A stretch of 64,000 nt of DNA, taken from Diadema antillarum (taxonomy: Eukaryota). The notes beneath the pieces were generated by a model that saw nothing but the letters and a program-made list of their open reading frames with translations, was not told the origin of the DNA and did no database searches. The position numbers and the translations under genes are program-made. Positions 10,916 through 22,614 of the stretch are shown one piece after another (the first letter of the stretch is position 1; the number at the start of each line of letters is the position of its first letter). Where the stretch lies: contig NW_027271030.1 in the NCBI RefSeq assembly GCF_040938485.1, positions 1,364,001 through 1,428,000 of the forward strand, given 5' to 3'.

Positions 10916-13900
10916 TTAAGGGAATTGAATCTACCATGTGCAAGACATAAGTGTGCAGAGAATCACAGACTCGGAAGCAACTGTCTCACTAAAGCAGATA
11001 TTACCCAGAAGCACATCACATCGTTGTAATAAATTAGTTTATTTTGTGACCTTTTACATTTTGATTAATTGACTTCTCCCAGTTTTGTGCCCGTAATTGG
11101 ATGCGTCTGTGTGTGTGTGTGTGTGTGTACGTGCGTGCTTGATAGGTTGCATGTATATCGGTCTTTAATGTAATGTTATGCGTGTGGGCGAGAATGAATA
11201 TTAGTGTGTGTGTGTGTGTGTGTGTGTGTCTACCTTTTTTGTTTGTCATTGTTTCTTTTTGATAAGTCTTTATCTTTCATTCAATTTCATATCATAGAAA
11301 CAGAAACGTTCACAGAAACAAAACAACACATCATACATAGACAAACTGCATTAAACACAAACATTTTACACAATAACGTCAATCTTACACTATATAAGAA
11401 CAAAATGCAGTAACACTAACATTGTGCAAATTAATGTCAAACTTACATTGTAACTCTTTTAACTAAGGAAACGAAATCCGTTTTTTTTAACACATGTATT
11501 CTCGCAAAAAGCCCTCAAAACGGGAACTTCATAGATAATTTGCTTAAAACACAAAACGGGGCATATTTCACTGCTTCTCTAAAGAGAAAAAAAAAACCAA
11601 AACAAAACAAACGAGGCCTTGCGAGAAAACATACACACATGCACACACACATCCCCACACAACGCCAACATGCATCGCCCCTCCCCCGTGTCTTCAGCCC
11701 TCAGGTTTCGGGTTTTATTCACACTTGAATAACTCTGACATATCAGTGACAGGAAGAGGAAACGAGTTCGGTGAAAGTGGAATCATTATAGTGGTATTGA
11801 TAGGGATGTTCCTTACTGATTTATGTATGGCCATATTATGACTGGTCACGAGCGCTAGATTTTGCACTCATCAGCTTAGTGATATCTCCATGACATAAAT
11901 TACATGACCATGGCAACGCTTGGTCGCCAAAGCACCATTACAAACTTAGGGGAAAACTGTTAACGGAATGAACGCGGGATTATTTCTAACATATTCCATA
12001 TTGCATATGTTTAGTTTAATCACGATTAAATTATGCACAATCATTTGCTATTATAAAACGACGATACACGTGTTTCAGTAAAGTGTTTTATAAAGATACA
12101 AACACGACAAACATCCTTTGGGAAAAAAACTGTTCATTCATTTCCAGTGCATATTCATTTAACGGTGACTGATTGCAAAAATGATATAATGGAAACAAGA
12201 ACTTTTTGAGATTAATATTTTCTTTATTACGATGTTGGTAAAGTAAAGGAAAGTGTGAAAAAGTGACTACCGTACATCTTCATCAAGGACCCCTTTGAAA
12301 ATCAGCCCTAACTTTGGCTGAAAGGGCAATCCGTCCCATGANNNNNNNNNNNNNNNNNNNNNNNNNNNNNNNNNNNNNNNNNNNNNNNNNNNNNNNNNNN
12401 NNNNNNNNNNNNNNNNNNNNNNNNNNNNNNNNNNNNNNNNNNNNNNNNNNNNNNNNNNNNNNNNNNNNNNNNNNNNNNNNNNNNNNNNNNATAGATCTCA
12501 TCCCCAAAACATCGCCGTACGTAGGCCTGCATGTTTTCCCATTATACTTTCCGCGAAGACAGACATTCACGTTGCACATAATGTATATTTCTATGAAACC
12601 TTATCTGACAAAAAAGAAAAATACCATATTTCGGTCGAGATACTCTTTATTTTTCTCACATGCTTTTGTTCTTACAGCTTCACCCGCAGCTGATTTCAGG
12701 CCAATGTAATAGAACTCGATGATGAGGGCTTGCGATAAAACAATCAACAAGCAAACAAACAAACAAACAAAAACCTGCAAGCAGAAATTCACAGTGTACT
12801 CCAATTGCTGGTGCAATTGTGATTTGGAGATTCAGGATACTGGGGCTCAATGCAGCGTATTAAACTGTGGCTAGACGAGTATGAAATTGATTTCAGTCTC
12901 ATTTCATTAACTGCGTTCGACATTTCGAGCCGTCATTAACGCCTCATTCTTCCACATGATTATTGCGTCTGTCCTTCTAAAGTTTCGGTCGCGTTCATTT
13001 AATTGGACATGGCTTGCCAACGTCTTTTTCGTGCATTTACTTCACTTTCTGCCAGTCACTATTTTGTCATAAACCTCGGGTTTTTTTTTCATTTCTACCC
13101 CTGTATTCAACCTAACCTTGATATGGCTTGTACCCATGAAATTAAATGCATAGGTTTTTTAGCATTTCATATTCACATCAGTGCCCCTTATCTAGTCTTA
13201 CTTCATTCGCAATAACCTTGCTATTTGTTAAACTCATCATATCCTCTAACTTGTTGGAAACAAAACTTTTAAACTCTCATCTCTCAATTTTCTCCATGTA
13301 CCATGTGTATAATGGCATGCATTCCTATTTTATTTTTTTTTCAATTAATTTTACAATTGTCTGCAGAAAGGATCTAGTTATCTATATATAACAAGGTGAA
13401 CAGCTGGAAGTTCACATTATACGAAACTCTTCATATACAAAATGGACATACAGCAGGTAATGTCAATCACAGAGGAAGATGAACATTCGGAAACGTGCAA
13501 CACATGCACGTGTTTCGTGTTATATTTAGGAATAAAAATTAACCACGAAAAGAAATTAGGCCTTTATATAGCACAACCATATTCACCATTAGAGGTATTC
13601 GACTTTACAGAGATACGGAAACAAAACTAAAATCACTCTTGAAACCCTCATCCCNNNNNNNNNNNNNNNNNNNNNNNNNNNNNNNNNNNNNNNNNNNNNN
13701 NNNNNNNNNNNNNNNNNNNNNNNNNNNNNNNNNNNNNNNNNNNNNNNNNNNNNNNNNNNNNNNNNNNNNNNNNNNNNNNNNNNNNNNNNNNNNNNNNGTC
13801 ATATTTGCAATTGATAGTTATATAGATATTGATATAAAGGAAATTAAGCAAATGGGAAAAGGATAGAGACAATAAGGGTGTTCATAGTTTGTTTTACCTT

Positions 13901-14659
13901 TGGATTTTATATATATTATATGGTTCCTAAACAGGAAAGAGCCGTAAGGTTCATCGATGGTTGTCGCACCAGTTTCACAAGGTTCTTTCGTCCTATCAGT
14001 GCCGGCAGCTTAAAGGAGCGATGCAGGCATCAGCCATGACATTGTCACATGCACCTTTTATTGAGTTTATGCAGGAATATTGTAATCTAGCTGGATCTAT
14101 TCGAGATTCACTGATTTTCCGTTGTTATGCTGAAATTAATCGTTATTTATACGTGATTTAGTCTGGATTGTTTGATTATGTCAGTCATGTGGACATTGAA
14201 TAATGTCATAATGTTTATGTTTGAGTTATGAATAAAAAGAAAGAACTGTATAACGAAAAAAAAATAAAGGAGCGTAAACCAGGTCAAGGAACTCCAGGGA
14301 AGCGACATGAGATAATGGTGATGATAATGATGATATCGAAAATTTTTATGAACAAAATGTTTCTATCCGCTTTACAATATACAAAAGACAAAATAATTAA
14401 TAAATCAACTTCGAGTACGATCTACAATCACATAATCATTGGCTCTGTTTAGTGAGAATTAATATCCCGTCCAGTCGATTTAAATCCCTGTAGATAATAG
14501 AAGTATAGCTGTAAGTAACAGTTTTATGCGGTAAGATTTTGAAATTCATGCTGAATACAGGCTTATTCTCGCTATGTTTGTCAACAACAACAACAACAAC
14601 AAAAACAACAACAACAGGCGAGATGTTCCTTAAAAGTTAATCACCACACGGCGCAACAT

Positions 14660-14974
14660 TATATAGATGATGACTGGCTGGGGAGGGAACATACCGAATG
14701 TTCCACCCGAACGTTTGGTACATGTTCCCGACAACAAAAGTCATCATCTGTTATGTTATATGGGTTAGTCAAATACGTCAAATACGTCAACGTCAACCAT
14801 CAGAACAACGCACTCGATCGCTCGCTCGCGCAGAGCCAAATTCACTGTGCACGGGTCCTTCTATCATTTGTTACGTGAAAATATTATCCCATGGGCGAAC
14901 ATAACCAATGTTCCTCCATCACATGACTGTGTTTAGCCAATCACTAACCGGTATTTGACTAACCCATTTGATAT
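14660..14974. mobile_element. Dispersed repeat, copy 1 (non-autonomous element)
   Basis: Reverse-complement match to 35837-36300 (TATATAGATGATGACTGGC...GGGAACATACCGAATGTTCCACCCG...CTAACCGGTATTTGACTAACCCATTT). Confidence 0.8.
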
Positions 14975-16556
14975 TTATGAATGTTACATATCAGTATTTT
15001 GTGCAACCTAACGGTCTCCCGTAATTAAGAGGTATAATGGTAATTCCAAGGTTCAAGAGTTGAAATGGCCAATGTTTGCCCCTAAAAGGCAATAAACATC
15101 CGAGAGTGGTTTATTCACATTAATATAGCTTTTCAGCCCGGTAATCAATTTCAAAAATATATCGCGTTGCAAGTAGGCAAATGCGGCTGTTCAGGCGTAG
15201 ACTACTTGAGTGGTTTTCTCCAGATCCACTTGCAAAGTCACAAACGTAAATATGACATGGATCAATAGCTGGCTAATCTATGCCATTAAAAAAACAAGAA
15301 TATATGTATATAGCTCAGACTAAGGTCGATATGACCTCGAGATTGACAGCCGGTATTTGAGCAGATTGCTGAGGATATACCTCAATCCTTTTGCGTCTCT
15401 TTCCAAGGGACGAACTGAATGACTGGACTCTAGGGAAGGAGATACTGTAAACATTTTTTGTTTTTTCTTTTGGGGAGAAATTGGGGAACAGGGAAAAACA
15501 CTTGAACCTCTCTTACAGTTAAAAAGAAGAAGCAAAATGGAATTGGTTTATCTATTAGCATACTAGTAGATTGGGTTATCACAGGATTGTGATGTAATGA
15601 CAGCCGAACTTTTGATCGTCCATACATAAGGGTAATTACTATGTAAAATCTATTTCTATGAATTTGAAGGCACCTATGCACTCGTGAAACCCTTTTCCTA
15701 TATCTATAGACTATTTTGATGTTTTATACATTGTACATGTACATTGTATTTGTTCAATGAACGACTGATATATCATCAATGGTTAGGTGGAATGTTTTCA
15801 ATGAAATGGAATTTTACACAGGAACAGCATCGGAGTTTTTACTTCCCAATGCTCTAATATGTTAGTAAGACAACGAAGAGCTGAAAAAGAGCATAATTAT
15901 ATACATGCACGTGTTATACTTTTAGGCAGATCAATGGACACAACCTCGCTATAGGATGATATTCATATAATATACGCACATAGGATATTATATATGTATC
16001 TATATATATACATTAATACAGAAAAAGCTGTAAAAGAGTATGATCATAATTTATACATAACAAGTCGTTGTGTAACTTTTGAATGCATATGCAATGAAAA
16101 AGACATGCGTGAATCTTATATCAAAAATTTGGTCTGCCGGCCACACTGAAGTGAGACCACGTGACTTGGACTGATCAATTGATGACGTGGATTATGCAAC
16201 CTGGCATGCGAGTTCATATCTCAAATTTCACTCATGAAACTTGCTGAAATATAACAACCTTTAAGGTACAGCTTCGCATCTTTCTGGTATGAAGGGTACA
16301 AAATTGCACCCTTACAGATGCAAAGTTGGACCCTTTTTTCTTAAGGTGCATGACCATAAAAACAACAGCAATAAAAGTCAACCTCAGCCAACTGGAGCAC
16401 TATGATTCATGTCCCTTGTCGACATGGGTCTGAGTCCAAGAGAGACCCAGACGGCTGCTACTCAAGGCTTTAGGCACGCGGAGAGTTATTCTAAGAGATC
16501 ACGGTTTTCACCATGCTGCCTGCGCAGTCTGTGTTGTGACATTGAATATTTTCTGC

Positions 16557-16562
16557 TTTATT
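16557..16562 (-). terminator. Candidate polyadenylation signal for Amt-A
   Basis: TTTATT on + (AATAAA on -) about 30 nt past the stop; unverified. Confidence 0.3.
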
Positions 16563-16592
16563 TTGTGTTTTTCGTTCATACCACTATACTTG

Positions 16593-17116
16593 TTACCTTT
16601 CGGCCCCAACGCTCCCAAGCGGTCTTCCTCCCATGGCGGCGTTCAGGAAATGAACGTGAATGGGACGTCCATTTTGGATTGTGCCGTCATCATTTTCGCT
16701 GTCCTTCGGCACATTGCGGCAAAGCTCCGATGCAGCCAAGGAGCCTCTGCGGATGTCTCCCACAGTGGTGCAGGTAGCGCGCTGCACGGAGAACACCAAT
16801 CCCCCGTTCAGCCTGATAAGCCGGCGAAGCGCGTCCAGTGATCTCTCATAGCTCTCCTTCGTGGACTTGTCGATGGTGAGGATGAGGCGGTTCTCGGCGT
16901 CGCGGAGCTCGCCCGTCCTCTTGTTGTAGACGCCGTGGAGCCCGTGCTCGACGATGTCGGCCCCCATGAGCTCCTCGTGGAGAGAGACGCGAAGACCGAC
17001 GGTGATCTTGAGGACGTAGAGGAAGATGAATGATGTGAGGGCCGTCCATACACAGAGACATACCACAGACAGAAGCTGGACTCCCAACAGCCAGAAACCT
17101 CCGCCCTTGATTAATC
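16593..17116 (-). CDS. amt: Amt-A exon 6 (TM11 and cytoplasmic tail)
   Basis: ctcgtag|GATTAATC; in ORF-track 16593..17162; GLIKGGGFWLLGVQLL...LRVSLHEELMGADIVEHG...AER*. Confidence 0.95.
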
Positions 17117-18113
17117 CTACGAGAAGGAAAGGAAGACAAATCATGCATAAATAATTCCACATTTGTAACTGTCTTGTAACAAAGCTAATGATAACCTTAT
17201 GCTTAAAGTGACTGTAAAGTTTTGGTTGGGATAACGGAATCAGATTTTAACTTTTTGAGAGGTAATAAGAGACCGACAACTGACAAGTTAGAGACCTGAA
17301 GCCCCATCTCAACCAAAGCTATACCATTCCATTCAGTATCGCAATGGCCAAAGCAATTGACGGTTTCTTGAAAAAAAAAATAATGGGTAGTATTTAAAAC
17401 CGTTATAATGAAACAGTCAACCACAAAAGCATACAAAAACGCAAATTAACAGTATTTACTTCCCTCTTTGGGCTTCACTCATGTATTTCTACGGAAAAAA
17501 AAAGGAAATCCGGAGTACTGAAAAAAGGACTAAAAAAAGTTTGTAGGAATGAGATTTCAATTTCAGTCAAGGTTGAGACTAACCGTCGTGGCGATTGAAC
17601 GTGCCAAGGGTGTCTATCTCTCCAAAAATGCCTACAGCCAGTAAGCCCCAGATGGCTGGAAAGAGATGCACGGGCACGACGCTGACGGGGTCGTCGAGCT
17701 TCAGCTTGGACATCAGTGGAGTAGCGGCGCAGCCGATGACGGCGCCCACGGCACCGATGACGATGGATTGCCATGGGTGGGCCAGCGCACAGTAGGCTGT
17801 GAGAGATATTGCATTCGTTCACTCTCTTCCATGCCTTTAATGTCAATAATGAGCTTCGGACCCCTTGACGGGCCTTTGTCAGGGATTTGGGAATCAACAT
17901 AACAAAACAAAAGCAACCAAATTGCAACAAAACTTGAACAAAAATAAGTAAAAACAGCGACTTGAATTGATCAGAAAAGCAATTTGATAAAAAAGAACAT
18001 GCACGGAGTTGTAATAAAACAACAGTATATCATATACAACTTGTACATTCATATATATTCATAAATGTATATATATATATGCAATATATATACAAATAGA
18101 TAAATAGATATGA

Positions 18114-18146
<33 letters not shown>

Positions 18147-20488
18147 AATAGATATAAATATATATATATATAGATTGATAAATAGATATGTATATATAAA
18201 TGAATAGATAAATATATATGTATACATATGTATGGGGAGAGAGAGAGAGACAGAGAAAGAGATTGAGAGAGGAAGAGAAACAGACATAGATCAGTGTTAT
18301 TGTAACGCAATAGAAAGTGAGTCTGTCTTGGTGTAGATGTAGATGATGCTTGTCATAAATGAGATACTTTGAAATTGATGTTACCGTTTCAACCAAAACA
18401 TTCTGCTCATCATCGGAACCCCACTCCGAAGAAAACTTCAAGTGAAAGTGAGAAAAATTGCGTCGTTGTTGCGATGGACTTGAAGCACCGAATATAGAAT
18501 AACTCAAGATGGCAATGATCTCATTTTGGGCAATTTTAACAAAACCTCTTGTTAGTATGAATTTGATTTTTGAGCCGTTTGCAGGACAGTGTTAAAGGGA
18601 TAGTAAAATATCGGTTTTAGGCGAGAATGCAGCTTTTAACTTTTTTTGCAAGATATCTAAAAATCACTTCATGACATTTTAAAGAGCATCCAAATTTAGG
18701 AGGAATTCAAAGTTTTCTGCACGATGATCTTTTTTTAAATGACTGAGATATCAACAAAGAAAAGTAGAACAAAGCGATCTTATTAAAAGGTGGGTCCCGC
18801 CTTTTATTAGCATCACTTTGCTTGGGATTTTTCAGCCATTTCAAAAGCCAACAAAGTTTGAATTCATCTAGAATTATACATTCTCTCATTATTACATAAA
18901 AGATTTCTTATCATTTAAAAAATCAGCATTAAAAAAGGTTAGGAAACCAGAATCCCCATCTCAACCGAAACTGCACCATCCCTTTAAAACATTCACCAAC
19001 ATAATATGCCAAAGTTTTACATTAGCATTCAGGTAATTCCTCCGAACTTGACCTAGTTGTAAAGGTAGCAAGCCTAGTCACGTGCGGATACCATGGTTAT
19101 ATACCTCGATCCTACCCATGGTACCGGAAGGCCGTGACAACATATTGGGAATTAGTGGGATTAGGTAATCTGTATAAAAGGACAATACATTAGGTTTCTC
19201 GACATGCGCCAAATGCCGAAAAAAGGGCCATTATGCATATCAAGGGTTTAGGGCGCTTCAAAAATTGACGACACGAATTCACCAATGGAGAATTTCAGTG
19301 CAATTAAGTTTAATTACAATTTCATTGTTAATTTTCAACAAAACAAAATGACACTTCGCTCCTTGTAGACTATATGCACTGTATGATAAACGGAGTCTAG
19401 GTCTTATACATTAGCAAAAAAAAAAATATGACAATGAAACATTGTAAGAATTCATCAAAGTTAGTCAAAATAAATTGAGACAATCTCTGAAGAGATAATT
19501 CTTGTTATGCGTTGGCCCCTCCGAAGAAGAAAATCAGTAAAGAAATAAGCTTGGATGCCCACTTAGGAGACACGTAGTACGACAGTATAGAGACAAGCTA
19601 AAGAACAACAAGATGAAACAAGACTGATACCACAACAAGACTTCTTGAAACAAAACTGACATGACAATGATGACAACGAGACAATAATCATGAGACAAGA
19701 CTAACGTGGCAACAAGACCAGAGAACTGCAGAAAAGACGAATAAATTATTCGAAGACAGCGACCTGCAGAAATATATCGAGAAGTGATTGTACAGCATGA
19801 AAAGGAAAGGAAGTGGATGAATTGCGGATATGACTTGAAGAGAGACTATAAAGCTAGACAGAAACCGTAATATCTGCACTCGTGTACAATCGACGCAATG
19901 AAATATGCGGCAATTCATGAGGATTTTGCAAATAAGTAACAAAGTAAGCCTACAGGCCAATTTGATTCTGCATGTCATGTGGAATGACGAGATTAAAAAA
20001 CAAACAAACTTCTTATTCTTTTGGCAAAAAGATATAAGATAGTGGACAGGGACATACACGGATATCATGTACGATAAGGAAGAAAGGGCTTCAGAACGCG
20101 TGCCATTTCCAGTCAGCCCGACTTTTAATACCCATGCTACATGACTTTATGGCATTCAAAACAACAAAGCGGAGCAGGTAGTTAATAAAAAATCACCCTC
20201 CATCAAGAAATATGCAATACATTATCGACAAACTGAAAAACTGGACAGGAATAATAGAGGTCGTGTTTAATGTATGGTGCTTGTCAAGGCTCAATTTTGT
20301 CCAGAAAGGCCAACATATTACGTTGACGGCCTAGTTTTGTTAATCCTGGCGTCAATGGCACATGTCGTAAATAATGTGTTTTTTCACTCTCAAGAAATGG
20401 CATTTGGGCGTTCTTATTTTCAGAACCTCTTAGATGTAGAAGCGGTAGCTCTTCTTTCTTTTAGATTCGTGTTCCTCTATCCAGCAAC

Positions 20489-20519
<31 letters not shown>

Positions 20520-20694
20520 AGCTCGAATAAAGATAGCGCTCCCTCCACAATAGAGGAAAAATTGCAAGGTCGACAGCAGCATTGCGTCTCTTCCTGAGTA
20601 TCCTACATTGTTATATCATTCTTTTTTTAATGCTAAAAGGTTTGGATAGTCTATGTCATCTAACATTGAACTGTAGTGACTAGTTTTAGACAAT

Positions 20695-20747
<53 letters not shown>

Positions 20748-22565
20748 GCTTTTCAATAGGTGAAAACAAACAAACAATTATACCGATGAGGTCACAATGG
20801 AGAAAATTTTCCAGCCTGTACATTCGTTATTGCTTATTCTGATAATAAAGTATATTTACTGTGGTAGGAACGTCCTTGCTTTGTATTGTAGAGAATTTAA
20901 TCAGTTAATGCAACCTCCGAAATTTGAATTCATGCCATCAGCAAAGAATCGTATTGGAAAAAAAAAATATGCGGCATGCCATGTTGGTTGCTAATCTGGT
21001 GTGCAGACTCAAAATAATGTTTTCCGCAGTCTCCATGCAATAATTACCCGTTATAGAAACCAGCGATGCAAGGACAGAGTTGATCAACCAGCCAATGTTG
21101 AATTTCCGACCAAGGGTAAGATAACTGCACGGGTAAAGATAGAAAACAATACTCTACGCTACCAATGTGCATTATAGCCCCGGTCACACAGCACTTTACG
21201 GCTTAATCACGGCCAAAACCCGTCTAAAAGTGGTCTCCCGTGAAGCAGACGATGTTGTTCGCATCGATGTCGAGTTTAAGATGAGCTACGGTCGATTTAT
21301 AGACGTGGCAAGACGCGAGGAAAAATCTGAACGGCGTCGGACGGGATAAAAAGTTTTGAAATGCTCAAAATTTTACTCCGCGGACAACCACGGGTGGCAC
21401 ACGTGGTAAAGACGTGTGGCACACGTGGTAAAGACGTGCAACACACGTGAAACACACATGATAATCCGTGTTCCGGCAGTACTTAAAACTTGGGGAGACG
21501 CGGTAAGACGTGAAAATTTAGCGGGCAGTGCACCGTCATCTGACGCGTGTTACGCGTTGGTATCACTGGAAATAGCGTGTGTTTAGCGGCTTATCACTGA
21601 CAAGTTGATTTTTCCGGTACATACACGTGGCTGGACGTGGTTAGCCGTGCTTAGGCAGTGCTTCAGCAGTGGAACAGCCGCCAACGCCCATACCCCGTAC
21701 AAAGCACGGCCAAACCAAAATTGACCAAAAAATTACCACTTACGACCACGTCCACCAGATTTTCATAACTTTTTGTACGTGATTCAGACGTGGAGTGCTG
21801 TGTGACCGGGGTATAAGATTACCTTCTTGCGTTGAAATGACAAAACAAGATGCATGGTAGCGATGCTTACAGAAGAAAACAAGCAAGCAAACAAACAAAC
21901 TCGTTGCAATTCTTTATCGAAAGAAAATGATTGTACTTGTTTTTCTTTCCAGCATTTTTATTCTGACATGTTGTATCTAACAGTCAATACATTGAATTTA
22001 CAGTTGTTATGTCTATAAATGTACTTCCATTAAATGTGATGTTCAACGAAAAATGCGTAGGCCTACACACAAATCATCCCGGAGAATATATCTTTTAATG
22101 TATTTTTTCCCCTGAAGATTGCAATTACAGTTTGCTGTTAACAGTTAAAACGATAGGTAAGGGCGAAAAAAAAATAGAAGAAACACAGTTACCTGAGAGC
22201 AATTCCTGTTATCCCTCCAGAAATGGATGCAAGGATAGTAGAAACCGCCGATCTGGGAATTTAAGATACGATTTAGATATGATTAAACAGTATTATACAC
22301 GAGTGGTTATCACGTAACAGTGCACCATGCCCTGATTTTTGTCATTACATTTTGATCGTGGTAAAGGTAGCGAGAAAGCTCGGGTGTCTGGAATGAATTC
22401 CTCTGTCTTATGAATGCTTCGTCAGTATAAGTTTGCCCTTTGGTATTAAAGCACGCAGTCCAGTTTTGCTGTCTTATCACGCTCAAATTTGGGAAAGTAA
22501 TGAAATTTCTGAAGGTATAGCATTGGAATTAATCAAATAATAATGCATTAAACTTTATAACGGAA

Positions 22566-22614
<49 letters not shown>

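Noticed and set aside
16409-17053. Several overlapping 60-120 aa ORFs
   Set aside because: Alternative or antisense frames of Amt-A exon 6.
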